From: Candidatus Limnocylindrales bacterium
GTDB taxonomy: Bacteria; Chloroflexota; Limnocylindria; Limnocylindrales; CSP1-4
Length of the DNA stretch: 64,000 nt
Direction of reading: 5' to 3'
Assembly: GCA_038325875.1 (NCBI GenBank)
Contig: JBBQJL010000004.1
Location: forward strand, 42,907-106,906
How positions within the stretch are numbered: position 1 is the stretch's first letter; each line of letters starts with the position of its first letter. Both the position numbers and the translations under genes were made by a program. Positions 62,888 to 64,000 of this stretch are shown in pieces. The notes under the pieces were generated by a model. It was not told the origin of the DNA. It saw only the letters and a program-made list of their open reading frames with translations, and did no database searches.

Positions 62888-63877
62888 GTGCGACGCCACT
62901 CCCTCATCGCTATCGCCGCGCTGGTCGTCGGTGGCGCCGCCGTTCTCGCCTGGCCGTCCATCGCCGAGGTCGCCCGCAGTCCCGTTCCGGTCGGCGCGGT
63001 GCTCCCGGCTAGAGGGACGTCAGCCGCTGCGCCAAGCTCGGCAGCCGGGCCGCTGACCTCCGCCCCGCCTTCGGCCGAGCCCAACCCGACCACCGAGCCC
63101 AACCCGACCACCGAGCCGAGCTCGACCACCGAGCCAAGCTCGACCGCCGAGCCCACCCCGAGCCCCGTCGATCTGGCCGCGGAGGTCGTGCTCGTGCCGC
63201 CCAGCGTCGCCCCGGCCCGAGCCGGCGACGGCCCGGGCCCGGCCGATCCGCGCTCCCTGATCGGGTACCGCTGGCCGCTCTACAACGGGGTCATCACCGG
63301 TCCCTTCGGCCCGAGCCCGTTCGGGGCGCTGCTGGTCAAAGGCGAGCGGTTCCACGACGGCCTCGACATCGCGTCGTTCTGCGGCGACACGGTGGTTGCC
63401 GCCCACGACGGCCTGGTCGTGGCCGCCGGGCGACGGTTCGATCCGTGGATCGGCTGGGTCGGGTCGCTCGGCCCGCATGCCCGCCGGATGGACGCGCTCC
63501 ACAGGTGGGGCGAGCTGCCGATCACCGTCATCATCGACGACGGCAACGGCTACCGGAGCATCTACGCCCACCTAAACGCCGTGTCGGTCAAAGCCGGCCA
63601 GCGCGTCCGCGCGGGTCATCAGATCGGCTGGGAGGGCAGGACGGGCTTCGCGACCGGCTGCCACGTCCACTACGGTCTGTTCAGCACATTAGAGACGAGG
63701 CGCTTCGAGCTGCGCCCGGACGTCCATCGCCGGACGAAGTACCCGCGCTTCGAGTTCGCCCGGATCGACCCACAGTTCGTCCTGCCACCGCTCCCGCACG
63801 GCAGGACCACAGGCCCGTTCCCGCTTCCCGCGACCTCGGTGACAGGTCAGCCACCGAGTCCTTCGCCCGCGCCGTAA
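62888..63877 (+). CDS. M23/LytM-family metallopeptidase with N-terminal TM anchor and Pro/Thr/Glu repeat linker
   Basis: GTG start. MRRHSLIAIAALVVGGAAVLAW.. M23 motifs ..FHDGLDIA.., ..YRSIYAHLN.., ..GRTGFATGCHVHYGLF.. Confidence 0.9.
   Translation: MRRHSLIAIAALVVGGAAVLAWPSIAEVARSPVPVGAVLPARGTSAAAPSSAAGPLTSAPPSAEPNPTTEPNPTTEPSSTTEPSSTAEPTPSPVDLAAEVVLVPPSVAPARAGDGPGPADPRSLIGYRWPLYNGVITGPFGPSPFGALLVKGERFHDGLDIASFCGDTVVAAHDGLVVAAGRRFDPWIGWVGSLGPHARRMDALHRWGELPITVIIDDGNGYRSIYAHLNAVSVKAGQRVRAGHQIGWEGRTGFATGCHVHYGLFSTLETRRFELRPDVHRRTKYPRFEFARIDPQFVLPPLPHGRTTGPFPLPATSVTGQPPSPSPAP
63077..63148. repeat. 18-nt in-frame tandem repeat x4 (EPNPTT/EPSSTT units) in the M23 peptidase linker
   Basis: gagcccaacccgaccacc x2, then gagccgagctcgaccacc, then gagccaagctcgaccgcc. 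Confidence 0.9.
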
Positions 63878-63880
63878 GAC

Positions 63881-64000
63881 CTACGGGCTGCGACTCTCGC
63901 CCGTCCGAACGTAGCGGCGCGCGGTCAGTGAGTAGGCGGGCAGGCGCGCCAGTGAGTCCGACAGCGGCGGTGCGGCTCGCCCGTCATGGCCCTCGATCGC
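63881..64000 (-). CDS. 3' end of an unidentified minus-strand gene running off the window
   Basis: The minus frame is open from the window edge, has high GC3, reads ..AIEGHDGRAAPPLSDSLARLPAYSLTARRYVRTGESRSP* and stops at TAG 63881-63883. It is too short to identify. Confidence 0.25.
   Translation of the reverse strand, partial: AIEGHDGRAAPPLSDSLARLPAYSLTARRYVRTGESRSP

Overview
Very GC-rich chromosomal segment (roughly 70% G+C by eye, strong GC3 codon bias). It looks like an Actinomycetota- or Chloroflexota-type genome, since F420-dependent enzymes are present. I support about 55 protein-coding genes or gene remnants and one tRNA-Arg(UCG). I saw no rRNA, CRISPR array, transposase or integrase. 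Genes are tightly packed, and several start/stop overlaps of the ATGA/GTGA type indicate operons.

Ordinary content:
- the 3' end of ppc, the pntAA-pntAB-pntB transhydrogenase operon, and two F420-linked oxidoreductases;
- Pit plus a PhoU-like DUF47 protein, an RCK K+-channel-like protein, HtrA, a USP, and an M23 peptidase;
- three two-component systems, methyltransferases and hydrolases.

Signals worth a second look:
1. 22.9-30.7 kb holds an orphan Tad-like block: 2 TadE-like genes, 2 giant TadG-like paralogs, and a surface-anchored vWA/DUF11 protein. No Tad/Flp machinery gene occurs anywhere in the window. The N-termini of the two large paralogs share a 136-nt perfectly identical tract, which looks like gene conversion.
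2. c-di-GMP components: a BcsA-like GT2-PilZ synthase with no partner subunits, and a PAS(x5)-GAF-like-EAL protein with no GGDEF domain.
3. An operon with two ABC ATPases and two very large FtsX-type permeases. One permease is broken by a single frameshift at a C3/G3 run.
4. Several truncated or frameshifted gene remnants at 40.2 kb and at 52-57 kb.

All functional calls come from reading motifs in the supplied translations. No database search was run.
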